Assembly (NCBI GenBank): GCA_016937155.1
Contig: JAFGWM010000032.1
Location: forward strand, 107,422-171,421
Direction: 5' to 3'
DNA: 64,000 nt
Origin: Deltaproteobacteria bacterium
GTDB taxonomy: Bacteria > Myxococcota_A > Polyangia > HGW-17
The notes beneath the pieces were generated by a model. The model was given only the letters and a program-made list of their open reading frames with translations, was not told where the DNA came from and did no database searches. This document shows positions 37,977 through 46,625 of the stretch, piece after piece (positions within the stretch are counted from its first letter, which is position 1; each line of letters opens with the position of its first letter). A program made the position numbers and the translations under genes.

Positions 37977-39773
37977 ATGGTCCAACCGAAAATAAACAGT
38001 CCCAAAATAGTGGTGGGGCTCGGAACCTGCGGAATTGCTGCCGGTGCTGAGAACATATATAACGTCCTGAAAAGAAATTTGGATGAGAACCCTGAAATAA
38101 AAATAGAACTTGCCATTACCGGTTGCAACGGAATGTGTCACCGGGAGCCATTGGTGGAATTCCATGATGCCAATGGAAATAAATTCCTTTATGGTGATCT
38201 TACTGAAAAAAAAGTGCAACTGGTTTTTGATAATCATTTTGTTTCAGGAAAAGTAATGGATAAGTTTCTTCTGCATGAAGAAAATCCGGAAACAAAAGCA
38301 GGCAAATATCTACACAAACAGAGAAGAATAGTACTGAGAAACTGCGGTATTATTGATCCTGAGTCGATTGAACAGTACATTGACAATGGTGGTTACGAAG
38401 GTTTAAAAAAAGCTATTGAAAAAGGCAGTGACTGGATAATTGATGAGGTTAAACAATCCGGATTAAGAGGTCGTGGTGGTGCAGGGTTTTCCACAGGTCT
38501 GAAGTGGATGTTTACAAAAAATGAAAACAGAGAAAAAAAATATCTGGTCTGCAATGCTGATGAGGGAGATCCCGGTGCTTTCATGGACAGAAGTGTACTT
38601 GAAGGAGATCCCCACAGTGTGATTGAAGGAATGGCCATATGCGCTGTGGCAACTGGAGCAAACTTTGGATATATTTACTGTAGAGCCGAATATCCCCTCG
38701 CAGTAAAAAGATTGAAGCATGCGATAAGTCAGGCGGAAGAAAGGAATATTCTCGGAGAAAATATTTTTGGTTCCGGTCATTCCTTGAAATTGAAGGTAAA
38801 AGAAGGAGCAGGGGCTTTTGTGTGTGGAGAAGAAACGGCTCTTATGGCCTCTATTGAAGGTAAAAGAGGTATGCCAAGACCAAGACCTCCATTTCCTGCT
38901 CAGAGTGGATTATGGGGAAATCCCACAAATATCAACAATGTTGAGACCTTTGCTAATATACCATGGATTATTTCAAACGGTGGAAGCGAATATGCCAGTG
39001 TGGGAACAGAAAAGAGTAAGGGCTCAAAAGTGTTCGCACTTGCAGGAAAAGTAGCCCGTGGGGGACTGGTTGAAGTTCCAATGGGTATGACGATCAGGGA
39101 AGTGGTTGAGGATATAGCAGGAGGCTCCAGTACAGGCAGACCTATTAAAGCTGTCCAGATGGGTGGACCAAGTGGTGGCTGTATTCCTGCTGATCTTTTT
39201 GATACCAGAATTGATTATGATGAGGTAAATAAAACCGGTGCTATTATGGGAAGCGGCGGTATGGTTGTTATGGATGAGACAACCTGTATGGTTGATGTAA
39301 GTAAATTCTTCCTGAATTTCACTAAGAATGAGAGTTGTGGAAAATGTACTTTCTGCAGGATAGGAACAACCAGAATGCTTGAAATTCTGGAGCGCATCAC
39401 AGCAGGCAAAGCAGTGATGGAAGATCTTGACATGCTGGAAGAACTTTCTCACAAGATTAAAACAACAAGTCTGTGTGGTCTCGGGCAGACTGCACCTAAC
39501 CCGGTTCTCACAACCCTGAAGTATTTCAGACATGAATATGAAGCTCATATCAAGGAACACAAGTGTCCTGCAGGTGTTTGTAAAGATCTTACCACCTTTG
39601 AAATTAACAGTGAAAAATGTACCGGATGTAATGCATGCCTTATTAACTGTCCTGTGAAAGCTATTGAGGGTGAGAGGGGTCGTGCAGGAACTTTTTCCAT
39701 TATGCAGGATTCGTGTATTAAATGCGGTGTCTGTAGAGACGTATGCCGATTTGATGCTGTTTTTACAAGATAG
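37977..39773 (+). CDS. NuoF/HndC-like NADH-binding flavoprotein subunit with an N-terminal HndB-like 2Fe-2S domain and C-terminal 2x[4Fe-4S] ferredoxin domain.
   Basis: ..[16 protein letters not shown].. (FMN/NADH site), ..[13 protein letters not shown].. (N3 cluster), C-terminal ..[12 protein letters not shown].. and ..[11 protein letters not shown].., and an N-terminal ..[19 protein letters not shown].. Confidence 0.9.
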   Translation: MVQPKINSPKIVVGLGTCGIAAGAENIYNVLKRNLDENPEIKIELAITGCNGMCHREPLVEFHDANGNKFLYGDLTEKKVQLVFDNHFVSGKVMDKFLLHEENPETKAGKYLHKQRRIVLRNCGIIDPESIEQYIDNGGYEGLKKAIEKGSDWIIDEVKQSGLRGRGGAGFSTGLKWMFTKNENREKKYLVCNADEGDPGAFMDRSVLEGDPHSVIEGMAICAVATGANFGYIYCRAEYPLAVKRLKHAISQAEERNILGENIFGSGHSLKLKVKEGAGAFVCGEETALMASIEGKRGMPRPRPPFPAQSGLWGNPTNINNVETFANIPWIISNGGSEYASVGTEKSKGSKVFALAGKVARGGLVEVPMGMTIREVVEDIAGGSSTGRPIKAVQMGGPSGGCIPADLFDTRIDYDEVNKTGAIMGSGGMVVMDETTCMVDVSKFFLNFTKNESCGKCTFCRIGTTRMLEILERITAGKAVMEDLDMLEELSHKIKTTSLCGLGQTAPNPVLTTLKYFRHEYEAHIKEHKCPAGVCKDLTTFEINSEKCTGCNACLINCPVKAIEGERGRAGTFSIMQDSCIKCGVCRDVCRFDAVFTR

Positions 39774-39792
39774 AGAATGCTGGAGGTAAACT

Positions 39793-41886
39793 GTGGATAA
39801 TAAAATTACTGTAATAATTGATGGAACAGAAATTCAGGCTGAGCCAGGATCCACCGTTCTTCAGGCAGCCAGAAGTGCCGGAATAAATATTCCAACTTTT
39901 TGTTATCTTGAAAGAATGGAGCCTTTTGCATCCTGTTTTATGTGCGTAGTAAGAATCAAAGGCGGAAGAGATAATCTGGTTCCTTCATGTTCAACTCCTG
40001 TTTTCAACGGAATGGAGGTTGAAACTCAGACGGAAGAAATATTAAATGCACGACGTGCTGCTCTGGAACTTATGCTTTCTGATCACACAGGTGATTGCTT
40101 TGCTCCATGTCATAGTGAGTGTCCCACGGGAGTTGATATTCCCGGGTTCATTAATGCTCTGCAAATAAAAGACAATGAAAAAGCCATTAGCATTATAAAA
40201 GAATCACTTCCCATACCGGGTTGTCTTGGTAGAGTTTGTCCCGCTCCATGTGAGTCTGCATGTAGAAGAACTCTGGTGGACGAAAGTGTTTCCATAATGT
40301 CCCTGAAGAGATATGCAGCTGATGAAGACATGAAGAAAGATGAAAAGCACAGATATTTTCCTGAGATGGCTTCACCAAGCGGGAAGAGTGTTGCAGTTGT
40401 TGGAGCCGGTCCTGCCGGGATAAGTGCTGCCTATTTCTCAAAAATACTTGGACACGAAGTTGATGTATTTGATTCTCATGCAGCTCCTGGTGGTATGATC
40501 AGATACGGAATTCCATCATACAGATTACCCAGAAATGTAATTGATTCCGAAGTTGATGTTCTTGTTAGAATGGGTATTAACTTCAACTATGGAAAAACAA
40601 TGGGCTCAAACTTCACTCTTGATGAGCTCCGTGAAAAATATGATGCAGTATTTCTTGGTCTTGGAGCTCAGGATGCTTCTCCAATGAGGGTTGACGGTGA
40701 AGATGCTGAAGGAGTGTTCAGTGCAATTAAGTTTCTTGAAGAAGTTTCAGCTGGAACCAGAACCGGAATCGGAAAAAAAGTAATGATTGTGGGTGGTGGT
40801 AACAGTGCTATTGACGCTGCCAGAACGGCTGTAAGACTTGATGCAGAAGAATCAGTAATATATTATCGCCGTACACGTGAGGAAATGCCGGCTTTTGATT
40901 TTGAAATCGATGAAGCTATTGATGACGGGGTCAAAATGGAATTTCTTAGTGCTCCTGTTAAAATTCAGCGCCAGGGTGAAAAACTTGCTGTCAGTTGTAT
41001 CAGGATGGAACTGGGTGAACCGGATTCAAGTGGACGAAGACGACCTGTACCCGTTGAAGGTTCAGAACATACAGTTTTTGTCGATGCTGTAATAGCTGCT
41101 ATTGGTCAAAAAGTTGCCCGAAAAGGAATAGAAGGAACTGAACTGGAGCTTTCAAAATGGGGTACTATTGAGGTTGATAATAATACCCTCATGACAAGTA
41201 TTCCTGGTGTATTCTCTGGTGGTGACAGTGTTCTTGGTCCAGACATTGCTGTTCGAGCAAGTGGAATGGGAAAACTTGCTGCTGTTTCTATGAATCAATA
41301 TCTTAATAATCTCCCTGTTACAGGCAGCAAAAAGCTTTTCAAGGTTGTAATGGGTGGTCTGGAAGATATCCAAAAGGCGGTATATGAAAGATTTGAAGAA
41401 TCTCCAAGGGCAAAGATGGCTCATATTGAGTCTTCTGTGGCTATAAAATCCTTTGATGAAGTCAGTCTTGGTTTTACAGCCCGTCAGGTTGAAGAAGAAA
41501 CAGCAAGATGTATGGAGTGTGGATGCCGCGCTGCAGACAGCTGTAAGCTTCGTGAATATTCAGAGGAGTTTTCGGTAAGAGATGACTATTTTGCTACTGA
41601 AACAAAAAGACCTGTCTATTATGATGACTCACATAAGGACATTATTCTGGAGTCAAATAAGTGTATTACCTGTGGAAACTGTGTGAGAATATGTGAAGAA
41701 GATCGTAAGTGTTATGCTCTGGCATTTGAAAAGCGTGGTTTTCAGACAGTTATTCGTCCTCCTCTTCAGAAAAAACTATCTGAAACTTCATGTGATGGCT
41801 GTGGAAAATGTGTTGATGACTGCCCAACAGGCGCTCTCAGTTATAAAACAGCACCTGTCTGGACTGAAGTTATTAGAAAAATCTAA
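39793..41886 (+). CDS. Fusion protein: an N-terminal NuoG-like 2Fe-2S/4Fe-4S ferredoxin module joined to a GltD-like (glutamate synthase small-subunit family) FAD/NAD(P)H oxidoreductase, with C-terminal Cys clusters. Probable third subunit of an Nfn/Bfu-like NADH-ferredoxin-NADP(H) oxidoreductase.
   Basis: N-terminal ..IDGTEIQAEPGSTVLQAARSAGINIPTFCY..ASCFMCVV.. A dinucleotide-binding ..VAVVGAGPAGISAAYF..HAAPGGMIRYGIPSYRLP.., a second ..VMIVGGGNSAIDAA.., then ..CMECGCRAADSC.. and ..CITCGNC..CDGCGKCVDDCP. GTG start with a GGAGG RBS. Confidence 0.75.
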   Translation: MDNKITVIIDGTEIQAEPGSTVLQAARSAGINIPTFCYLERMEPFASCFMCVVRIKGGRDNLVPSCSTPVFNGMEVETQTEEILNARRAALELMLSDHTGDCFAPCHSECPTGVDIPGFINALQIKDNEKAISIIKESLPIPGCLGRVCPAPCESACRRTLVDESVSIMSLKRYAADEDMKKDEKHRYFPEMASPSGKSVAVVGAGPAGISAAYFSKILGHEVDVFDSHAAPGGMIRYGIPSYRLPRNVIDSEVDVLVRMGINFNYGKTMGSNFTLDELREKYDAVFLGLGAQDASPMRVDGEDAEGVFSAIKFLEEVSAGTRTGIGKKVMIVGGGNSAIDAARTAVRLDAEESVIYYRRTREEMPAFDFEIDEAIDDGVKMEFLSAPVKIQRQGEKLAVSCIRMELGEPDSSGRRRPVPVEGSEHTVFVDAVIAAIGQKVARKGIEGTELELSKWGTIEVDNNTLMTSIPGVFSGGDSVLGPDIAVRASGMGKLAAVSMNQYLNNLPVTGSKKLFKVVMGGLEDIQKAVYERFEESPRAKMAHIESSVAIKSFDEVSLGFTARQVEEETARCMECGCRAADSCKLREYSEEFSVRDDYFATETKRPVYYDDSHKDIILESNKCITCGNCVRICEEDRKCYALAFEKRGFQTVIRPPLQKKLSETSCDGCGKCVDDCPTGALSYKTAPVWTEVIRKI

Positions 41887-41952
41887 ATATAATTAGAAAA
41901 ATTTAGGTTATTTACTCACCCTTATTCTGTTTTAATAAAAAATTTAGGAACC

Positions 41953-41983
41953 GGTTTTAGTTAAAACCTTGTAATTTTTTTTT
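41953..41983 (+). terminator. Weak intrinsic-terminator-like element or operator palindrome (GGTTTTAGTTAAAACC followed by a T-rich run) after the flavin oxidoreductase operon.
   Basis: 16-nt palindrome at 41953-41968, then ttgtaattttttttt. The stem is AT-rich, so stability is low. Confidence 0.25.
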
Positions 41984-42021
41984 CAGGTTATAACTAGAAA
42001 CCGTTATATTTTACGGGAAGG

Positions 42022-42864
42022 ATGGAAAACAAAGTGAGTATTTTTCTTCAGACTGCAATGGGGCCTATTTTTCCATATCTGAAAGCTGGTCCCTGGAAAT
42101 TTGGACCATTCGTGATTCATATGTTTGGTCTTCTGGTTGGTATTGCAATTTTAGTGGGTGTATTTATGACCAACCGGAGGGGATTTCAGAAAAATTTGAA
42201 TCCTCTTTATACTTCAGAAATGGTAATAGCCGGAATTATCGGGCTGTTTGTTGTATCTCATATATTTGCAATTGTTTTTTATTATCCGGAGCGGATTCTA
42301 AAAGAACCTCTTGTATTGTTTAAACTATGGGATGGAATGGCCAGCTTTGGTGGTCTGATAGGTCTTTTTCTGGGAATTTTTCTTTATTTAAGATATCGAA
42401 AACAGCCATTTTGGCCTTATGCGGATACAATTTTATGGGGCGGGATACATGCATGGGTGTTTGGACGCATGGGATGCAGTTTTGCTCATGATCACCCTGG
42501 AACTTTCACCTCCAGCTGGTTTAGTGTAAGGTGGCCTGTAAATCATCCTGATCAGATATTTAATCCCGATATGCTTCCTGGTCGGCATGATCTTGGTTTA
42601 TATGAATTTTTCTATACATTTATTATTCTGGGAGTTTTATATCTTACTGCACGCAAAAACGATCCTTTCCCCGGCTTTACATCCAGTATCATTTTTATGC
42701 TTTATGGTCCTGTTAGGTTTATGATGGATTTTGTCAGAACTACTGATCTTACATTTTTTTACTTAACAGCCGGTCAGTATGTTGCAATAATGATATCTGT
42801 TTTTGGTGTTTTTCTTTTTTTCAGAAACCGGAAAATTCATATCAACGGAGGCGTTGTTGGATGA
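42022..42864 (+). CDS. lgt: Prolipoprotein diacylglyceryl transferase (Lgt)-like membrane protein.
   Basis: Seven or more TM helices, an N-terminal ..GPIFPYLKAGPW.. and a ..WVFGRMGCSFAHDHPG.. region resembling the Lgt signature (GRLGCF/NGC). Length 280 aa. The call is by resemblance only. Confidence 0.55.
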   Translation: MENKVSIFLQTAMGPIFPYLKAGPWKFGPFVIHMFGLLVGIAILVGVFMTNRRGFQKNLNPLYTSEMVIAGIIGLFVVSHIFAIVFYYPERILKEPLVLFKLWDGMASFGGLIGLFLGIFLYLRYRKQPFWPYADTILWGGIHAWVFGRMGCSFAHDHPGTFTSSWFSVRWPVNHPDQIFNPDMLPGRHDLGLYEFFYTFIILGVLYLTARKNDPFPGFTSSIIFMLYGPVRFMMDFVRTTDLTFFYLTAGQYVAIMISVFGVFLFFRNRKIHINGGVVG

Positions 42865-43742
42865 AAAAGAAATCTGTCATAATTTTTATTTCTTTGATTT
42901 TTCTTTCCTGTGGGAAATCAGATAAACCTTCAGATAAAAAACTAGTGATTCCTGATAATCTTCCTGAAGGTGATAAAAAACCGAAAAAGGTTAATCTGAA
43001 AAGTTCAAAAGCAGGACAAAGACTTTTACCAAGACTAAAATTAAAAAAGGCTGAACTGGCTCTTTCAAAGGGTCAGTATTCAGAGGCACTGGGTTTATAT
43101 GATGAACTTTTGAAGTTATCAAGTCTTGGTGCTGAAAGCAGATCCCAGCTGTTTGCAGGAAGAGCTGAAGCTCTTTTTTACCTTAAAAAGTATGAGGATT
43201 CCATTGCTGCCTGGGAGAAGGTGCTTGCAATACGTAAAGATGATCCTTTTCCTCTTCATAATATCGCACTGGTATACAGAGAAGCTGGAAAATTAAAAAA
43301 AGCTGTCAGATTTCTTGAGGACTGTCTGAAGAAAGATCCTATGATGATAATTGCCAGAATTGATCTTATTGATATTTTAAAATCCACAGGTGCTGACCAG
43401 AAAGAACTGATAAATCAAGTGCAGCTTCTTGATAAAGCACGGGAAAATATTAATTCATTACTTAAAAAATCCAAGGATTCAGCGGAAATAGTAAAATATT
43501 TAAATATTCTTCAGGAAATTCCTGGTGAAAGAGTTGAACTGTCTATTTTAAAGAGACTTATGGATAGCAAATCCAGTTTTGTGAGGGAAAAAACAGCTTA
43601 TCATATTATGAATCATCAGGATGGGAAGAATTTGCTTTCCGGATATATTGAGAAAGAAAAAGACGAAAAATTAAAGAAAAAATTTGAGAAAATACTGAAA
43701 GAAACCGCTTCTGATAAAAAAAATCCTGCAGTGAAAAAATAA
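42861..43742 (+). CDS. TPR-repeat lipoprotein (293 aa).
   Basis: Signal peptide plus lipobox (IFLSCG). TPR-like repeats (..YSEALGLYDELLKL.., ..YEDSIAAWEKVLAI.., ..LHNIALVYREAGKLKKAVRFLEDCLKKDP..). ATGA overlap with lgt. Confidence 0.6.
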   Translation: MKKKSVIIFISLIFLSCGKSDKPSDKKLVIPDNLPEGDKKPKKVNLKSSKAGQRLLPRLKLKKAELALSKGQYSEALGLYDELLKLSSLGAESRSQLFAGRAEALFYLKKYEDSIAAWEKVLAIRKDDPFPLHNIALVYREAGKLKKAVRFLEDCLKKDPMMIIARIDLIDILKSTGADQKELINQVQLLDKARENINSLLKKSKDSAEIVKYLNILQEIPGERVELSILKRLMDSKSSFVREKTAYHIMNHQDGKNLLSGYIEKEKDEKLKKKFEKILKETASDKKNPAVKK

Positions 43743-43754
43743 CGGGACGGATTA

Positions 43755-44483
43755 ATGGAACCAAAATCCAGCGAAAGGGATAAAAATCCACTAATTTTAA
43801 AAACACATGAAATCTCAAAAGTTTTTGGCAAAGTTCAAGCTTTACATCAGTGCTCTTTTAAAATTTATTCCGGAGAAATTACCGGCCTTATTGGAGAAAA
43901 CGGCGCGGGCAAAACAACATGTCTGAGAATTATTTCCGGAACTCTCATTCCTACATCCGGAAATGTTCAGTTTGGAAACAGTTTAATGTATCCAGAGCCT
44001 CGCCATCAGAGGGAAAAAATTGGCTATCTTCCAGAAGGAAATCCTTTGCCTCAGGATCTGAGGGTTACTGAATATTTAAAATTTCAAAAATCCATGAAGT
44101 CATTATCCTCATCAGATCTCGAAGAAGTTATCCATTTGATGGAACTGGGAAATGTACTTAAAAAATTTATTGGAGATCTTTCCACTGGTTTCAGACAGCG
44201 TGTGGGTCTTGGTTGTGCATTTATGGGCTGGCCACGATTGATAATTCTTGATGAGCCATCAAGAGGGCTGGATCCTATTCAAAGGGAAGGTTTGAGAAAA
44301 ATAATTAAAACAGCCAGTGGAAGAAGTGCAGTTATTGTTTCAACCCATGGTCTTGATGAACTTGAAAGAATTACCAGCAGATTTATTTTTCTGAAAAATG
44401 GTCATCTGATTCATGACGGTGAAACCCCAGACGCAGAAATATCCCTTCTGGATTATTTTTTATCAATTAAGGGTAAGGAATAA
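43755..44483 (+). CDS. ABC transporter ATP-binding protein (GldA-like).
   Basis: Walker A GENGAGKTT, signature LSTGFRQRVGL and Walker B ILDEPSRGLD. Confidence 0.85.
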   Translation: MEPKSSERDKNPLILKTHEISKVFGKVQALHQCSFKIYSGEITGLIGENGAGKTTCLRIISGTLIPTSGNVQFGNSLMYPEPRHQREKIGYLPEGNPLPQDLRVTEYLKFQKSMKSLSSSDLEEVIHLMELGNVLKKFIGDLSTGFRQRVGLGCAFMGWPRLIILDEPSRGLDPIQREGLRKIIKTASGRSAVIVSTHGLDELERITSRFIFLKNGHLIHDGETPDAEISLLDYFLSIKGKE

Positions 44484-44489
44484 CCGGAT

Positions 44490-46625
44490 ATGATATATTT
44501 AGTCAGGCTTTTTAAACATGAAGTTTCCCTGATATTTAAAAGTCCCGGATATTATTTTGTTGCAGCACTGTTTTTATTTTATCAGGGTATAATTTTTTCG
44601 CTTACGTTATCATTAAGGCATCACCCCCTTTCTCCTCCCGGACCTATGTTTGCTCCCTGGTTTGCAGGTCCATTCTGGTTCTGGCCATTGTTGATTCTGG
44701 TAGTTGTTGAATTATCACATAATTCCATATCCGGTGAGAGGCAGCAGGGAACAATGGATGTTCTTTTATCAACCGGTGCTTCCTCTGGCATGATTATTCT
44801 ATCAAAGTATCTTGCTCTGCTTACAGCGTTTATTTTTCTATGGATAACCACAGTTCCTCTTGTCATTCTTTTTCTTCTCTACCTGCCTCAGGATATCAAA
44901 ATAAGGATGTGGCCAGTTTATACAGGTTATCTTGGTTCAGTATGTATTGGAGGAACAGGTCTCGCCATAGGTATGCTTTTTTCTACAATAACCAAAGATA
45001 CCCGATTGAGTGCCATGTTCACCTTTATGGTACTTTTTTTACTTGTTTTAGTTAAAATAATAATTCATCCGGGTCTGGGTATTGTGGAGTCTTCTTTTCT
45101 GAGAGAAATTGCAAAATTTAATTTCCTTGATTTTATGGAAAATTTTGCAAGAGGAAAAATTGTAATAAACCATATTATAACTATCCTGATAATTATAGTT
45201 GGGTCTCTTGGTATAAGTTCCATTATTCTTGGAAAAAATCAGACAAGAAAAATAGGATATAAATTTGTCACATTAGGTCTGGTGGTTCTTCTTATTGCTG
45301 AGTCAGGTATTTTATATGGGAAAAATCAGAAATATTTCAATGAAAAATCTACTATTCATCCAGTTTTAAGACAAAGAATTTCACAACTTGACGATGAACT
45401 AAAAATATATATTTTTGCCAAGGGTCCTTCTTCAAGCCTTTATTTTCATCCAATTCCTTTTTTGGAATCAGCTCTGGAGAATATTTCTTCTCATTCAGGA
45501 AAAGTGATATGGGAACGTCCGGAAATTACATCTTCAAATAAAAAACTGTTCCATCTGGCCAGACTTTTTTCTCTTGATGTAAACAGGATAAGAAATGATG
45601 CAACAGCCCTTTCAGAAGGTGTAATGGTTGTAGCTTATGGTGATGATTTCAGGAATATTAAACTTTCTTCAATTTTTACAGCTGATGTAAGGGATGGAAG
45701 AATCAGTTTTTCTGGTATGAGACTTGAAGCTGAACTTTCAAGTGCAATATCAACTCTAATAAGTCCTTCAAAAAAAAGAATCTGTTTTTCAACAGGACAT
45801 GAGGAAAAATCTATTCTTGACAGTTCTCCTTCAGGTTTTTCCAGAATCAGCATATTTTTAAAAAGGGTTGGCTATAGTGTTGAAGCTTTGCCTCCTGTTA
45901 TAAAGCCACCTGACTCCAGATGTGCACTTCTGATTATCAGTGCTCCGGAAAAAGATTTTCTGCCATCTGAAATTGAAAATCTTAATAAATGGATTATATC
46001 CGGTGGGCAAACCATCGTAATGACTGCTCCCCAGACTGTAAAACTAAAAAATTTCTGGAGATGGCTCAATTCTGCTGGAGTTACAGTATCAGGATATTTT
46101 GTAGGGGATAAAAAATTCAGTGTGGGAAAAAGTCAGGGAACAGTATGGGCAGGTAAACCTGATGTTTCCACAGGTTTATCATCAGGAAGACTTATTTTGC
46201 AGACACCTCTACAGATTGTATGTGAAAATAACTGTGAATCCCTGATTGAAACTTCGTCTGCGGGGTATTTATACAAGCTTGATTCTAGTAAATATGAAAC
46301 TGCAAAAGGTGTTTTTACAACAGCAGTTGTGAAAAAGTTTTCAGAATCCAGACTTACAGTACTTGGTTTTTACACTCCCTGGACAAATAATTTTATTTCA
46401 GTTACAGGTGAATCAAGAGATAATTCACTGGATTTTTTAGAAGGAATTATTAAACGAAGTTTCAATGAGGAACGGGAAAATATTTCTTCAACTAAAATAG
46501 TTCACCATCACCTGACTCTCAGGGCATCAGAGATTTCTTCAATTCAATACTTTGCGCTTTTAATCAATCCTTTACTGATGCTGTTTTTCGGGATCTGGAT
46601 TGTTTTGAGGAGACGACGATTTTGA
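44490..46625 (+). CDS. ABC-2 type permease (GldF-like, roughly the first 240 aa) fused to a large GldG-like extracytoplasmic domain with a C-terminal TM anchor.
   Basis: N-terminal 6-TM ABC-2 permease pattern, then a roughly 450-aa soluble region, then a terminal TM ..YFALLINPLLMLFFGIWIVLRRRRF. Directly downstream of the ABC ATPase. Confidence 0.6.
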   Translation: MIYLVRLFKHEVSLIFKSPGYYFVAALFLFYQGIIFSLTLSLRHHPLSPPGPMFAPWFAGPFWFWPLLILVVVELSHNSISGERQQGTMDVLLSTGASSGMIILSKYLALLTAFIFLWITTVPLVILFLLYLPQDIKIRMWPVYTGYLGSVCIGGTGLAIGMLFSTITKDTRLSAMFTFMVLFLLVLVKIIIHPGLGIVESSFLREIAKFNFLDFMENFARGKIVINHIITILIIIVGSLGISSIILGKNQTRKIGYKFVTLGLVVLLIAESGILYGKNQKYFNEKSTIHPVLRQRISQLDDELKIYIFAKGPSSSLYFHPIPFLESALENISSHSGKVIWERPEITSSNKKLFHLARLFSLDVNRIRNDATALSEGVMVVAYGDDFRNIKLSSIFTADVRDGRISFSGMRLEAELSSAISTLISPSKKRICFSTGHEEKSILDSSPSGFSRISIFLKRVGYSVEALPPVIKPPDSRCALLIISAPEKDFLPSEIENLNKWIISGGQTIVMTAPQTVKLKNFWRWLNSAGVTVSGYFVGDKKFSVGKSQGTVWAGKPDVSTGLSSGRLILQTPLQIVCENNCESLIETSSAGYLYKLDSSKYETAKGVFTTAVVKKFSESRLTVLGFYTPWTNNFISVTGESRDNSLDFLEGIIKRSFNEERENISSTKIVHHHLTLRASEISSIQYFALLINPLLMLFFGIWIVLRRRRF

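Noticed and set aside
41887-42021. Repeated aaaaatttagg motif (two copies) downstream of the oxidoreductase operon, considered as a CRISPR-like or REP element
   Set aside because: There are only two short imperfect copies and no regular spacing. It is more likely low-complexity AT-rich intergenic DNA, and the adjacent palindrome is listed as a weak terminator instead.
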